Part shown: in pieces, positions 1 through 6,470 of the stretch | Position numbering within the stretch: the stretch's first letter is position 1 | How the letters are laid out: each line of letters begins with the position of its first letter | DNA from: a virus | Strand: one strand, 5' to 3' | IMG/VR virus record: IMGVR_UViG_3300031951_000561 | Length of the DNA stretch: 36,924 bases | Notes under the pieces: generated by a model | What the model saw: the letters and a program-made list of their open reading frames with translations, nothing else | The model's database searches: none | What the model was told of the DNA's origin: nothing | Translations under genes and position numbers: made by a program

Positions 1-88
1 CGTGCTGGGCGTATTATTCACAGTCGAGGCAGCGCGTGATTTGATCGGTGCGCTAGAGGACAAAGCAAGAATGGGGAGGGTGAGGTGA
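1..88 (+). CDS. 3' part of the 44-aa membrane protein gene (wrap-around copy of 36751-36885)
   Basis: Same sequence as 36798-36885. Ends ...EDKARMGRVR with a TGA that overlaps the GTG at 85. Confidence 0.5.
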   Translation, partial: VLGVLFTVEAARDLIGALEDKARMGRVR

Positions 89-127
89 GCGACAAAATAG
101 AACTAATTATGAAAGACTTTGATTTTA
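1..127. repeat. Terminal overlap: 1-127 is identical to 36798-36924 (closure of a circular or permuted genome)
   Basis: Exact match by direct comparison of the window start with the window end. The same 127 nt also occur at 36267-36393 as part of the tandem duplication. Confidence 0.9.
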
Positions 128-348
128 CTCGCGTGTGGAAAGCAATGGTTGCGACTGATTGGAAATGGAGCGACTCAGAAAGCGTGCCAAGCATTACGGA
201 GCTTAAATCACTAGCAAAGAAGCTATTGGCGGATGCAGAAGAAAGTAAGAGATGGATTAGATGCGGGGGATTTGAAGCTGATTACAACGAGGGAAATCTT
301 TATCTGGCCTTTGTTTTAGAGCATGTTGATTACGAGGGGCAACTATGA
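85..348 (+). CDS. hypothetical protein (87 aa, GTG start)
   Basis: ORF track. GTGA overlap with the upstream small ORF, with GGGGAGGG upstream as an SD. Confidence 0.65.
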   Translation: MSDKIELIMKDFDFTRVWKAMVATDWKWSDSESVPSITELKSLAKKLLADAEESKRWIRCGGFEADYNEGNLYLAFVLEHVDYEGQL

Positions 349-599
349 ACATGAAAACCAAACTTGCTGATATGAACGAGGACACACACAGTTTCAACGA
401 GCTGTACGAACTCGCCCAGCAGCAGGAGGCGCTGATTGAGGTGTTGGTTGACTGCCTTAAAAGATGCCGTGATGACTACAATGGAATAATAAAAGTATGT
501 CGCCATTATTCATTGCACGCTTCATATAAAGACGCTTCCGAATCAAAAGAATTTATTGGCGATAAGTTACAAAAAGCAAAGGATGCGGGGTATTTATGA
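345..599 (+). CDS. hypothetical protein (84 aa)
   Basis: ORF track. ATGA overlap with the upstream stop, with GAGGGG as an SD. Confidence 0.65.
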   Translation: MNMKTKLADMNEDTHSFNELYELAQQQEALIEVLVDCLKRCRDDYNGIIKVCRHYSLHASYKDASESKEFIGDKLQKAKDAGYL

Positions 600-970
600 C
601 CAACGAACAACTAAAAGATCTGCTGGCTAGGGCTATTGCAGATGTTACTGAGGGAGCCGGTGCCGATTCCTCAATCTATGAATTTCAATCTCAAGCCGTC
701 ATCGAAGCGCTCACGCCGATGATGACAGCCGTTGATAGTAACGCATTGCAAATAGCTGTAGATGTTGGCGTAGAGCAATTTCAACAGCAAATGACTTTGG
801 GTGGCGGCAATCTCAACCAAATGTTTGAGAAGGTTATTTCTGCATACCTGAAGGCGGCGGCTCCTATGTTGGCGGCATCCGATTCTAAACAGTCGGGCTA
901 TGATACCCGTGAGGATTCATGCAAAGGAGCCGCCCTTGCATCCCTGCCCGATTGCTGGAAAGGAGAATAG
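596..970 (+). CDS. hypothetical protein, tandem paralogue A (124 aa)
   Basis: ATGA coupling. Shares MTNEQLKDLLARA..., ...IEALTPMM... and ...ASLPDCW with the next gene. Confidence 0.7.
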   Translation: MTNEQLKDLLARAIADVTEGAGADSSIYEFQSQAVIEALTPMMTAVDSNALQIAVDVGVEQFQQQMTLGGGNLNQMFEKVISAYLKAAAPMLAASDSKQSGYDTREDSCKGAALASLPDCWKGE

Positions 971-972
971 AA

Positions 973-1233
973 ATGACAAACGACGAACTCAAAGAGCTGC
1001 TGGCTAGGGCTTTGTTAAAGGTAAATGGCTATGAGGGTTTCTGCGAAGAAGAGGTGATCCCTAAATTTTATGCACAAGCAGAATTTATCATCGAAGCACT
1101 CGCACCCATGATGCGGGAGGTTATTTATGAATTATATGCAGCCATTCCCGTTACGGAAAAGATTTCTAATAATGGTGTTATAAACGCTTACGCATCCCTG
1201 CCCGATTGCTGGCGCGAGAAGGGAGGGGTGTGA
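973..1233 (+). CDS. hypothetical protein, tandem paralogue B (86 aa)
   Basis: Internal ATG at 973 preceded by AAAGGAGAA. Starts MTNDELKELLARA..., then ...IEALAPMM... and ...ASLPDCW. The upstream extension from 919 was rejected. Confidence 0.7.
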   Translation: MTNDELKELLARALLKVNGYEGFCEEEVIPKFYAQAEFIIEALAPMMREVIYELYAAIPVTEKISNNGVINAYASLPDCWREKGGV

Positions 1234-1613
1234 TGGTAGCCATTAACTTCAAGCCTGAGTTTGCTAAAGCCGTTGAAAGCGGCGTGAAGTTGCAAACTAT
1301 TCGCGCAAAAGCGCGTTGCAAAGCTGGTGATGTATTGCAACTTTACACCGGACAGCGCACAAAAAACTGCCGGAAATTGCGCGATGCCGTTTGTATTGCG
1401 GTTGATACTGTCTGCATTACGCCAGAAGGCATTGAGTTTGGTCAGCCGGGATGGTGGCCGAAAGACGCAGATAGATTTGCCGAAAACGACGGATTCAAAT
1501 CTTACGATGAAATGTATGATTTCTTTTGCTCCGATCACGGCGAGGAAGTTTTCAATGGTTATGTCATATTGTGGGATGCACCACCAACCCCCAAACAACC
1601 GGAGGAAAAATGA
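1233..1613 (+). CDS. ASCH / PUA-like domain protein (126 aa)
   Basis: ATG at 1233 overlaps the TGA (GGGAGGGG SD). The N-terminus ...FKPEFAKAVESGVKLQTIRAK... resembles the ASCH GxKxxExR-type motif. Size is typical for the family. Confidence 0.5.
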   Translation: MVAINFKPEFAKAVESGVKLQTIRAKARCKAGDVLQLYTGQRTKNCRKLRDAVCIAVDTVCITPEGIEFGQPGWWPKDADRFAENDGFKSYDEMYDFFCSDHGEEVFNGYVILWDAPPTPKQPEEK

Positions 1614-1861
1614 ACATCACCGAACGAATGAAAAAGTATGCGGAGCTGTACTCTGAAGAGCTTGGAAGAATAACTGACCAATTCAAAAGCGAAGCACCAT
1701 CCATGTACACCGACCTCCAAACCGCCATGCGTGCGCTTCAGGTGGCGAAGGATACCGTAAAGTTTTATGCGGAAGCAGATAAATACGCAATGGATATGGA
1801 TGATGCAAAGCTCGCTCGCCATACCTTAAAAACCATCAACGAGCTATTGGGGGAAAAATGA
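1610..1861 (+). CDS. hypothetical protein (83 aa)
   Basis: ATGA overlap with GGAGGAAAA as an SD. Predicted helical. Confidence 0.65.
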   Translation: MNITERMKKYAELYSEELGRITDQFKSEAPSMYTDLQTAMRALQVAKDTVKFYAEADKYAMDMDDAKLARHTLKTINELLGEK

Positions 1862-2163
1862 CACAAGATAAAATCAGGGAGGCGTTTGAGGAATGGTTGT
1901 CCGCTCCAAATGATAGCTGGAAAGATGATCCGCTTTCTGTTGGAAGCATTCAAGAGGAGGCATGGCAAGCCTGTGCAGCAGAGATGTTGCCGGTGATTGA
2001 TTATTTGCAAAGCTCGTTGATTGACGCCCTGCAAACAATGGAGGCAGAGCATAGCGATACACCAGATTATAAAGCCGGTCATAGATACTTAGGTGAAAGC
2101 ATTAGAAGAGCCAAAGAAGCCCTAGCACTAGCAGATAAATGGAAGAAAGGTAATATCGAATGA
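1858..2163 (+). CDS. hypothetical protein (101 aa)
   Basis: ORF track with ATGA coupling. Confidence 0.65.
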   Translation: MTQDKIREAFEEWLSAPNDSWKDDPLSVGSIQEEAWQACAAEMLPVIDYLQSSLIDALQTMEAEHSDTPDYKAGHRYLGESIRRAKEALALADKWKKGNIE

Positions 2164-2378
2164 AATTATTAGATTTTATATTAGGGCGTTGTCCGGTTTG
2201 CAAAGAATCCGGTTACATGAAGGTTCCATCGTTTAATACAATTGGTTCCAGATTCTGCAATTTTTGTCATTGCTTCGTAAATATTTACACGCGAAGTGAC
2301 AAATACAAGCCTTGCGGAGGCGGTTGGGTTGACAGCCCCTACAAAAGCAAATTATTAAATCAGAAAAACAGCAGATAA
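2160..2378 (+). CDS. Cys-rich (zinc-ribbon-like) small protein (72 aa)
   Basis: CPVC...CNFCHC pattern, with ATGA coupling. Confidence 0.55.
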   Translation: MKLLDFILGRCPVCKESGYMKVPSFNTIGSRFCNFCHCFVNIYTRSDKYKPCGGGWVDSPYKSKLLNQKNSR

Positions 2379-2390
2379 ATGGAGGGGGTG

Positions 2391-2618
2391 ATGACTGATA
2401 TTATTAATTTTACGGGCACAACCTTTTTACCGGAACCGCCAAAATCTTTGCTACAAAAAGCAAAAAAATGGGGAATGAATCGCTGCATTGTGATTGGATT
2501 TGATGAGAATGAACAAATGATATTTGGAGGAAGTTTTGCGGAATCGGGAGATATTTTAATGCTGCTGGAGCTTGCCAAGAAACATCTTTTAGAAAATCAA
2601 TTAGCGAGGCAAATATGA
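2391..2618 (+). CDS. hypothetical protein (75 aa)
   Basis: ATG at 2391 preceded by GGAGGGGG. The ATG at 2379 lies inside that SD. Confidence 0.6.
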   Translation: MTDIINFTGTTFLPEPPKSLLQKAKKWGMNRCIVIGFDENEQMIFGGSFAESGDILMLLELAKKHLLENQLARQI

Positions 2619-3118
2619 CCAAGCAAACCGAAAAGCTGCTGCCTTGTCCTTTTATGATTGGCGACAAAGTAAAAATTATAACGCCGTATCTAAAGAAAGA
2701 CTGGGAAAATTCCGAATGCTATATAGTCGGTATCAATCTTACGGGAGATAACCTTGATATTTACAATTTCACTATTGTAGAGGTTGGGGTTAGGGGCACA
2801 ATTGACGGCTTTAGGGTGCATGATTTGAAGTGCATTGAACGCACCCCAAACCTATCGGCTGAGCGTCATGGAAGCCCGCTGCCATATATAACCCTATCGC
2901 TGGCCGAGTTTGACCAGCTTACAGCGATGAAACGAGAATCTATTAACCAGCAACCAAACCTATCCGCGCTGGATAGTGATGAGGCGGTGGACGAAGTATC
3001 TAATGCAATGAGGTCTGTAAAATTAAAATCAAAGATAAACGGTTATCTTGATTATCGTTATTCAAGCAAACTTTTGGCCAAATCCGCGATACAGGCGGTG
3101 AAGGGGATATTGAAATGA
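2615..3118 (+). CDS. hypothetical protein (167 aa)
   Basis: ORF track with ATGA coupling. Ends ...QAVKGILK. Confidence 0.65.
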   Translation: MTKQTEKLLPCPFMIGDKVKIITPYLKKDWENSECYIVGINLTGDNLDIYNFTIVEVGVRGTIDGFRVHDLKCIERTPNLSAERHGSPLPYITLSLAEFDQLTAMKRESINQQPNLSALDSDEAVDEVSNAMRSVKLKSKINGYLDYRYSSKLLAKSAIQAVKGILK

Positions 3119-3885
3119 GCCGCATTATATGCTGGTTTTCCTGCGGAGCCGCTAGTGCGGTTGCTGCAAAGATGGTTTTGGAATCTAATGACGAGCGCAA
3201 AGCTGGCCGGGAAATTATCATTGCCCGCAACTGGATAGCTGAGGAGCATCCCGACAATGACAGGATGCAGGCCGATTGTGAAAAATGGCTTGGGCATAAA
3301 ATCATCCATGTTGCCAATGCTAAGTATCACGGCAGTGTTTTAGGGGTGCAGGATGCGGTGAAGTTCATCAAGCATCCAAAGGGCGGGGCTCCATGCACCC
3401 TATACTTAAAAAAAGAGGCGCGGAGGGCGTTTCAGCGGCCCGGTGATATTCATGTTTTTGGGCTGCATGTTGGCGAAGAATCTAGGGTTGACCAGTTTCT
3501 TGATGATGAGCCGGACGTTTCGGTATGGCTACCGCTTATCGAGCGCGGGATTACGAAGCTAGAATGTCACCAGATGCTTATGGATGCAGGCATTGAAATG
3601 GCCGCGATGTACCGCCTTGGTTATAATAACAACAACTGCATCGGCTGTGTGAAGGGCGGAATGGGTTATTGGAACAAAATCCGCCGGGATTTTCCAGAAG
3701 CGTTTGACCGTATGGCGAAGCAGGAGCGCAAGCTAGGATACGCCATATGCAAAACTGAGGCGGGTAGTAAAGACCGGGATGGTCGCCCTGTGTTTCTTGA
3801 TGAATTACGGCCAAATCAGGGAAGAAAATATAAGGATGAACCGCCGATCAAATGCGGGATTATTTGTGAAGGAGCAATAGCATGA
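3115..3885 (+). CDS. adenine-nucleotide alpha-hydrolase (PP-loop / PAPS-reductase-like) superfamily protein (256 aa)
   Basis: N-terminal ...IICWFSCGAASAVAAK... sits where the SGGxDS PP-loop would be. A C-terminal NCIGCVKGG Cys pair is also present. This pattern is recalled from phage PAPS-reductase-like proteins. Confidence 0.45.
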   Translation: MSRIICWFSCGAASAVAAKMVLESNDERKAGREIIIARNWIAEEHPDNDRMQADCEKWLGHKIIHVANAKYHGSVLGVQDAVKFIKHPKGGAPCTLYLKKEARRAFQRPGDIHVFGLHVGEESRVDQFLDDEPDVSVWLPLIERGITKLECHQMLMDAGIEMAAMYRLGYNNNNCIGCVKGGMGYWNKIRRDFPEAFDRMAKQERKLGYAICKTEAGSKDRDGRPVFLDELRPNQGRKYKDEPPIKCGIICEGAIA

Positions 3886-4016
3886 GTGCGATTTTATGCC
3901 AAGAATGTGGGTGCCTGTGCAATTGCGATGATTACCCAGAAGGATTCTATCGCGGCGAAGATGATGAGCCTAGCGATGAGTATTATTGCCAACGCTGCAA
4001 CGAAAAGGATTGGTAG
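3882..4016 (+). CDS. Cys-rich mini-protein (44 aa), below the ORF-track cutoff
   Basis: ATGA overlap with the 3115-3885 stop. Sequence MSAILCQECGCLCNCDDYPEGFYRGEDDEPSDEYYCQRCNEKDW contains CxxCxCxC...CxxC. Confidence 0.55.
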   Translation: MSAILCQECGCLCNCDDYPEGFYRGEDDEPSDEYYCQRCNEKDW

Positions 4017-4087
4017 ATGAACAAACCAGAAAGCAACAACCCATGAACCAATTTCTAGCAGAGCATCCACAAGTTAGGATGTAACCC

Positions 4088-4264
4088 ATGACCATCCACG
4101 ACCTGCTATCTGCCGCCTACGAAGCCCTTAAAGACGCGCATCCGTATATCGACAACGATACGGTGCGTAATAACGTAGGCAGGGTGATTGTAGACATTGA
4201 GGAGATTATGGATTCTGATGGTTCCTTATCCACCCAGGCGGTGAAGGGGATTTTGCAGAAATGA
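4088..4264 (+). CDS. hypothetical protein (58 aa), paralogue of 4815-4970
   Basis: AGGA SD. Contains ...EALKDAHPYIDNDTVRNNVGRVIVDIEEI..., compared with ...EAMRDAHPYVSNDTARNNMGRAIVDLDEL... in the other copy. Confidence 0.65.
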   Translation: MTIHDLLSAAYEALKDAHPYIDNDTVRNNVGRVIVDIEEIMDSDGSLSTQAVKGILQK

Positions 4265-4503
4265 CCACTGAACAAAGCCATTGCCGCTATTCTCCAATTA
4301 AACTAACAATTGAAATACCGTCGAGTTTGTATGATTTGCGACATCAATGGTGGAGGGTTAAGGATAGAATTAAAAACCCTTGGTGGTTGTGCAGAATCCG
4401 CTGGAATCGAACGCTTTACAAATATAACGTGCGCGGAATACCTCGGTGGAAATGGTATCAAATAATCAATCCATGGGCGACGATAAAAAGGGCGGCAAAG
4501 TGA
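4261..4503 (+). CDS. basic Trp/Arg-rich hypothetical protein (80 aa); coding frame uncertain
   Basis: ATGA coupling at the start and GTGA at the end. Composition is odd (8 Trp). A competing 44-codon ORF lies at 4331-4465 in another frame. Confidence 0.4.
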   Translation: MTTEQSHCRYSPIKLTIEIPSSLYDLRHQWWRVKDRIKNPWWLCRIRWNRTLYKYNVRGIPRWKWYQIINPWATIKRAAK

Positions 4504-4649
4504 CCACCAAAGAACTAGCCGATTACCTATGGGGTGAGCTATGCAAGCGCGAGAAATACACCGCTGCGCCACATGCGTATACGGTGATTAAACTGATGGA
4601 AGAGCTGGGGTTTCAATTCAGGAGGGATGATGGCCAAGAAAACCATTAA
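4500..4649 (+). CDS. hypothetical protein (49 aa from GTG 4500, or 58 aa from ATG 4473)
   Basis: ORF track 4446-4649. The GTGA overlap with the 4503 stop makes start choice ambiguous. Confidence 0.5.
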   Translation: MTTKELADYLWGELCKREKYTAAPHAYTVIKLMEELGFQFRRDDGQENH

Positions 4650-4818
4650 CAAAATATCGCTGCTCGATAGATTGGCAGAGGCAAGAATGGCGCTGGTTAT
4701 TGCCTCAATTGAAATGGATATTGTTTATGGCGAGGGGAAAAATCCTCACGCAGCGGAAATGATAGGGGCGGCGGAAATGATACAAGACTGGATTGTTAAT
4801 ATCAGGCAAGAGATATGA
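4627..4818 (+). CDS. hypothetical protein (63 aa)
   Basis: AGGAGGG SD immediately upstream. Confidence 0.65.
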   Translation: MMAKKTINKISLLDRLAEARMALVIASIEMDIVYGEGKNPHAAEMIGAAEMIQDWIVNIRQEI

Positions 4819-4970
4819 CCAAAGACGAGCTTGAAATCATTAATCAGGCGCTTGAGGCGATGCGCGATGCTCATCCGTATGTAAGCAATGACACGGCTCG
4901 AAACAATATGGGCAGGGCGATTGTTGACTTGGACGAACTTCTTGCTGGCATATCGCCATCGCAAGCCTGA
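4815..4970 (+). CDS. hypothetical protein (51 aa), paralogue of 4088-4264; last gene of the plus-strand unit
   Basis: ATGA overlap with the 4818 stop, plus clear paralogy. Overlaps the 3' end of the minus-strand gene 4840-5160. Confidence 0.6.
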   Translation: MTKDELEIINQALEAMRDAHPYVSNDTARNNMGRAIVDLDELLAGISPSQA

Positions 4971-5160
4971 CCAGCGCGTAGTGAAGGTGCGGCTCGTTTC
5001 CTTCTAGGTCATGGTTGATGACATGCCGCATGGCTTTGTTTGTGTGGAATCGCTCGGGTTTATCCAGCCATGAATCTTTAGCGCCGTCTTTGTCGCTGCC
5101 CTCTCGCATAATGCCAATGATGATGTTGAAAGCGCGTAGTGCTACATGCTCGGGAATCAT
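4840..5160 (-). CDS. DUF5664 / dATP-dGTP diphosphohydrolase N-domain-like protein (106 aa)
   Basis: ATG 5160 overlaps the TGA of the exonuclease gene. The stretch PEHVALRAF...G..KDG..DSW...F..KAMRHV...G.EPHLHYALVRLAM fits the remembered family pattern. The last 40 aa or so are antisense to 4815-4970. Confidence 0.4.
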   Translation of the reverse strand: MIPEHVALRAFNIIIGIMREGSDKDGAKDSWLDKPERFHTNKAMRHVINHDLEGNEPHLHYALVRLAMAICQQEVRPSQQSPCPYCFEPCHCLHTDEHRASPQAPD

Positions 5161-6080
5161 AACTTCGTCTTCTTTGCTGGAAAGGTTGACCATGAACCGC
5201 AGTCATTGCAAACATACCGATGCTGCATCGATGCCGCCTTAAACTCAAATCCCCGCTGCGTGATGTTATCACTTCCGCATTGCTTGCAGCGAATTACAGG
5301 TTCATCGCTTAGTAGATTAAGGTTGAGCTTGCTCTTAACGTGGGGAAGCATCTCGGTGAATACCTGCTCCAATAGCTCCACATCCTGCTTGTTGTACGCC
5401 GCCATTTCTTCTATAGCCGCCATGTCTCCGCTGGCACATCCAACCCATAGATCCGCGGTGGTTTTGTTTTTTCTGCCCACGCCTAAAATGGTTCCCAAAT
5501 GGTCTAGCTTGTTGCCATTAAGCGACCTGCCGAAATGCGTCTTTGCCAGCTTATAAGTACATATATCATTGACGGGCGGCAGAGATGGTAGGCCATTAGC
5601 CATAAGCCTTGCCGCGATGAATGTCTTGTCAAAGCGCGAATAATGGGCAACGGCATAGTTGGCCTCGCTCCATACCGGCAGAAACTCCTCTAATGGCTTC
5701 TTGTCCTCATATGGCTTTTCCATGACATAGACATAAGTCTCAGGTTCGCCGTACCATTTCCAAGCAATAGTGCAGATAGATTTCGGCTTAACAATAAAGC
5801 CCAGCGGTATCGACCTATCGGGAAGCGTATCGAAAAAATAGCCAAGGTTCGGAAGCGTCTCGATATCGTAAATAAGGATTTTGCTTTTGTCTTTTGGCAA
5901 TTCCTGTAAGGGCGGATTCACAGACGGCGCGATTAGCTTCGACCTTGCCTCGCGCTTCCAGTAGCCAATGGTTGCGAGTCCCACGCCCGTTCTCTGGTTT
6001 ATCTCGATCCGAGTGAAGCCATCATCCAACATCTTCAAAACTTCGATTTTAACATCATCAGAATAAGGTTGACGCGTCAT
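5157..6080 (-). CDS. DEDDy-type 3'-5' exonuclease (RNase H-like fold) with N-terminal HTH and C-terminal zinc ribbon (307 aa)
   Basis: ExoI LIYDIETLP, ExoII HYSRFDKTF and ExoIII YNKQDVELL motifs. N-terminal ...QRTGVGLATIGYWKR. C-terminal CKQCGS...CNDCGS. Confidence 0.65.
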   Translation of the reverse strand: MTRQPYSDDVKIEVLKMLDDGFTRIEINQRTGVGLATIGYWKREARSKLIAPSVNPPLQELPKDKSKILIYDIETLPNLGYFFDTLPDRSIPLGFIVKPKSICTIAWKWYGEPETYVYVMEKPYEDKKPLEEFLPVWSEANYAVAHYSRFDKTFIAARLMANGLPSLPPVNDICTYKLAKTHFGRSLNGNKLDHLGTILGVGRKNKTTADLWVGCASGDMAAIEEMAAYNKQDVELLEQVFTEMLPHVKSKLNLNLLSDEPVIRCKQCGSDNITQRGFEFKAASMQHRYVCNDCGSWSTFPAKKTKL

Positions 6081-6466
6081 TCTACACCTCCAGTTTTGCC
6101 CGTATTGGTTACAATCACTGGGTGCGTGTATAGCCTGCGCTCATATTCCCTGCGGCGCATTAGCTCTTTATCTTCTTTCCCATCCGTGCCGATTCGATAA
6201 TCAGAGAATCTTTCTGCCGCCAGTAAGAACTGCCCTTTTACCGTTAGCTTGTAGACTTCCGACTTCCTAAATTCTTTCGCTCCCACGCTGATTAGAAAGC
6301 TTACCAGCGCGGAGAACTGGTAGCGGGTGAGGGATACGCCTATCAGCTTCCTGATGCCCCTCTCAGCCGCTTCTACGGACATTGTCTTATATTGAGAACG
6401 ATTAATCCGCCGGAGCGTGGTGGGGTCTACTCGCATGTAGTTATGACCACGTATCATCTCCGGCAT
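6077..6466 (-). CDS. GH24 lysozyme-like protein lacking the N-terminal catalytic region (129 aa)
   Basis: LTRYQFSALVSF...G...F and RRREYERRLY match the C-terminal half of phage lysozymes. No Glu-x8-Asp-x5-Thr region is present. GAGGTGA SD upstream. Confidence 0.55.
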   Translation of the reverse strand: MPEMIRGHNYMRVDPTTLRRINRSQYKTMSVEAAERGIRKLIGVSLTRYQFSALVSFLISVGAKEFRKSEVYKLTVKGQFLLAAERFSDYRIGTDGKEDKELMRRREYERRLYTHPVIVTNTGKTGGVE

Positions 6467-6470
6467 GGCT

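Noticed and set aside
1188-1822. Minus-strand ORFs 1188-1598 and 1559-1822, and plus-strand alternative-frame ORF 1327-1656, over the ASCH region.
   Set aside because: They overlap ATGA-coupled plus-strand genes that have recognisable domains. They have no ribosome-binding sites and no functional motifs.
4017-4087. Tiny ORFs (MNKPESNNP and MNQF) and a 5-bp inverted repeat CATCC-8 nt-GGATG in the short gap.
   Set aside because: They are too short and lack an SD. The stem is too weak to call a terminator or regulatory hairpin.
5146-5556. Plus-strand 136-aa ORF and neighbours (5015-5242, 5078-5272) around the exonuclease 3' end.
   Set aside because: They are shadows of the exonuclease and DUF5664-like genes, which carry clear motifs and ATGA coupling.
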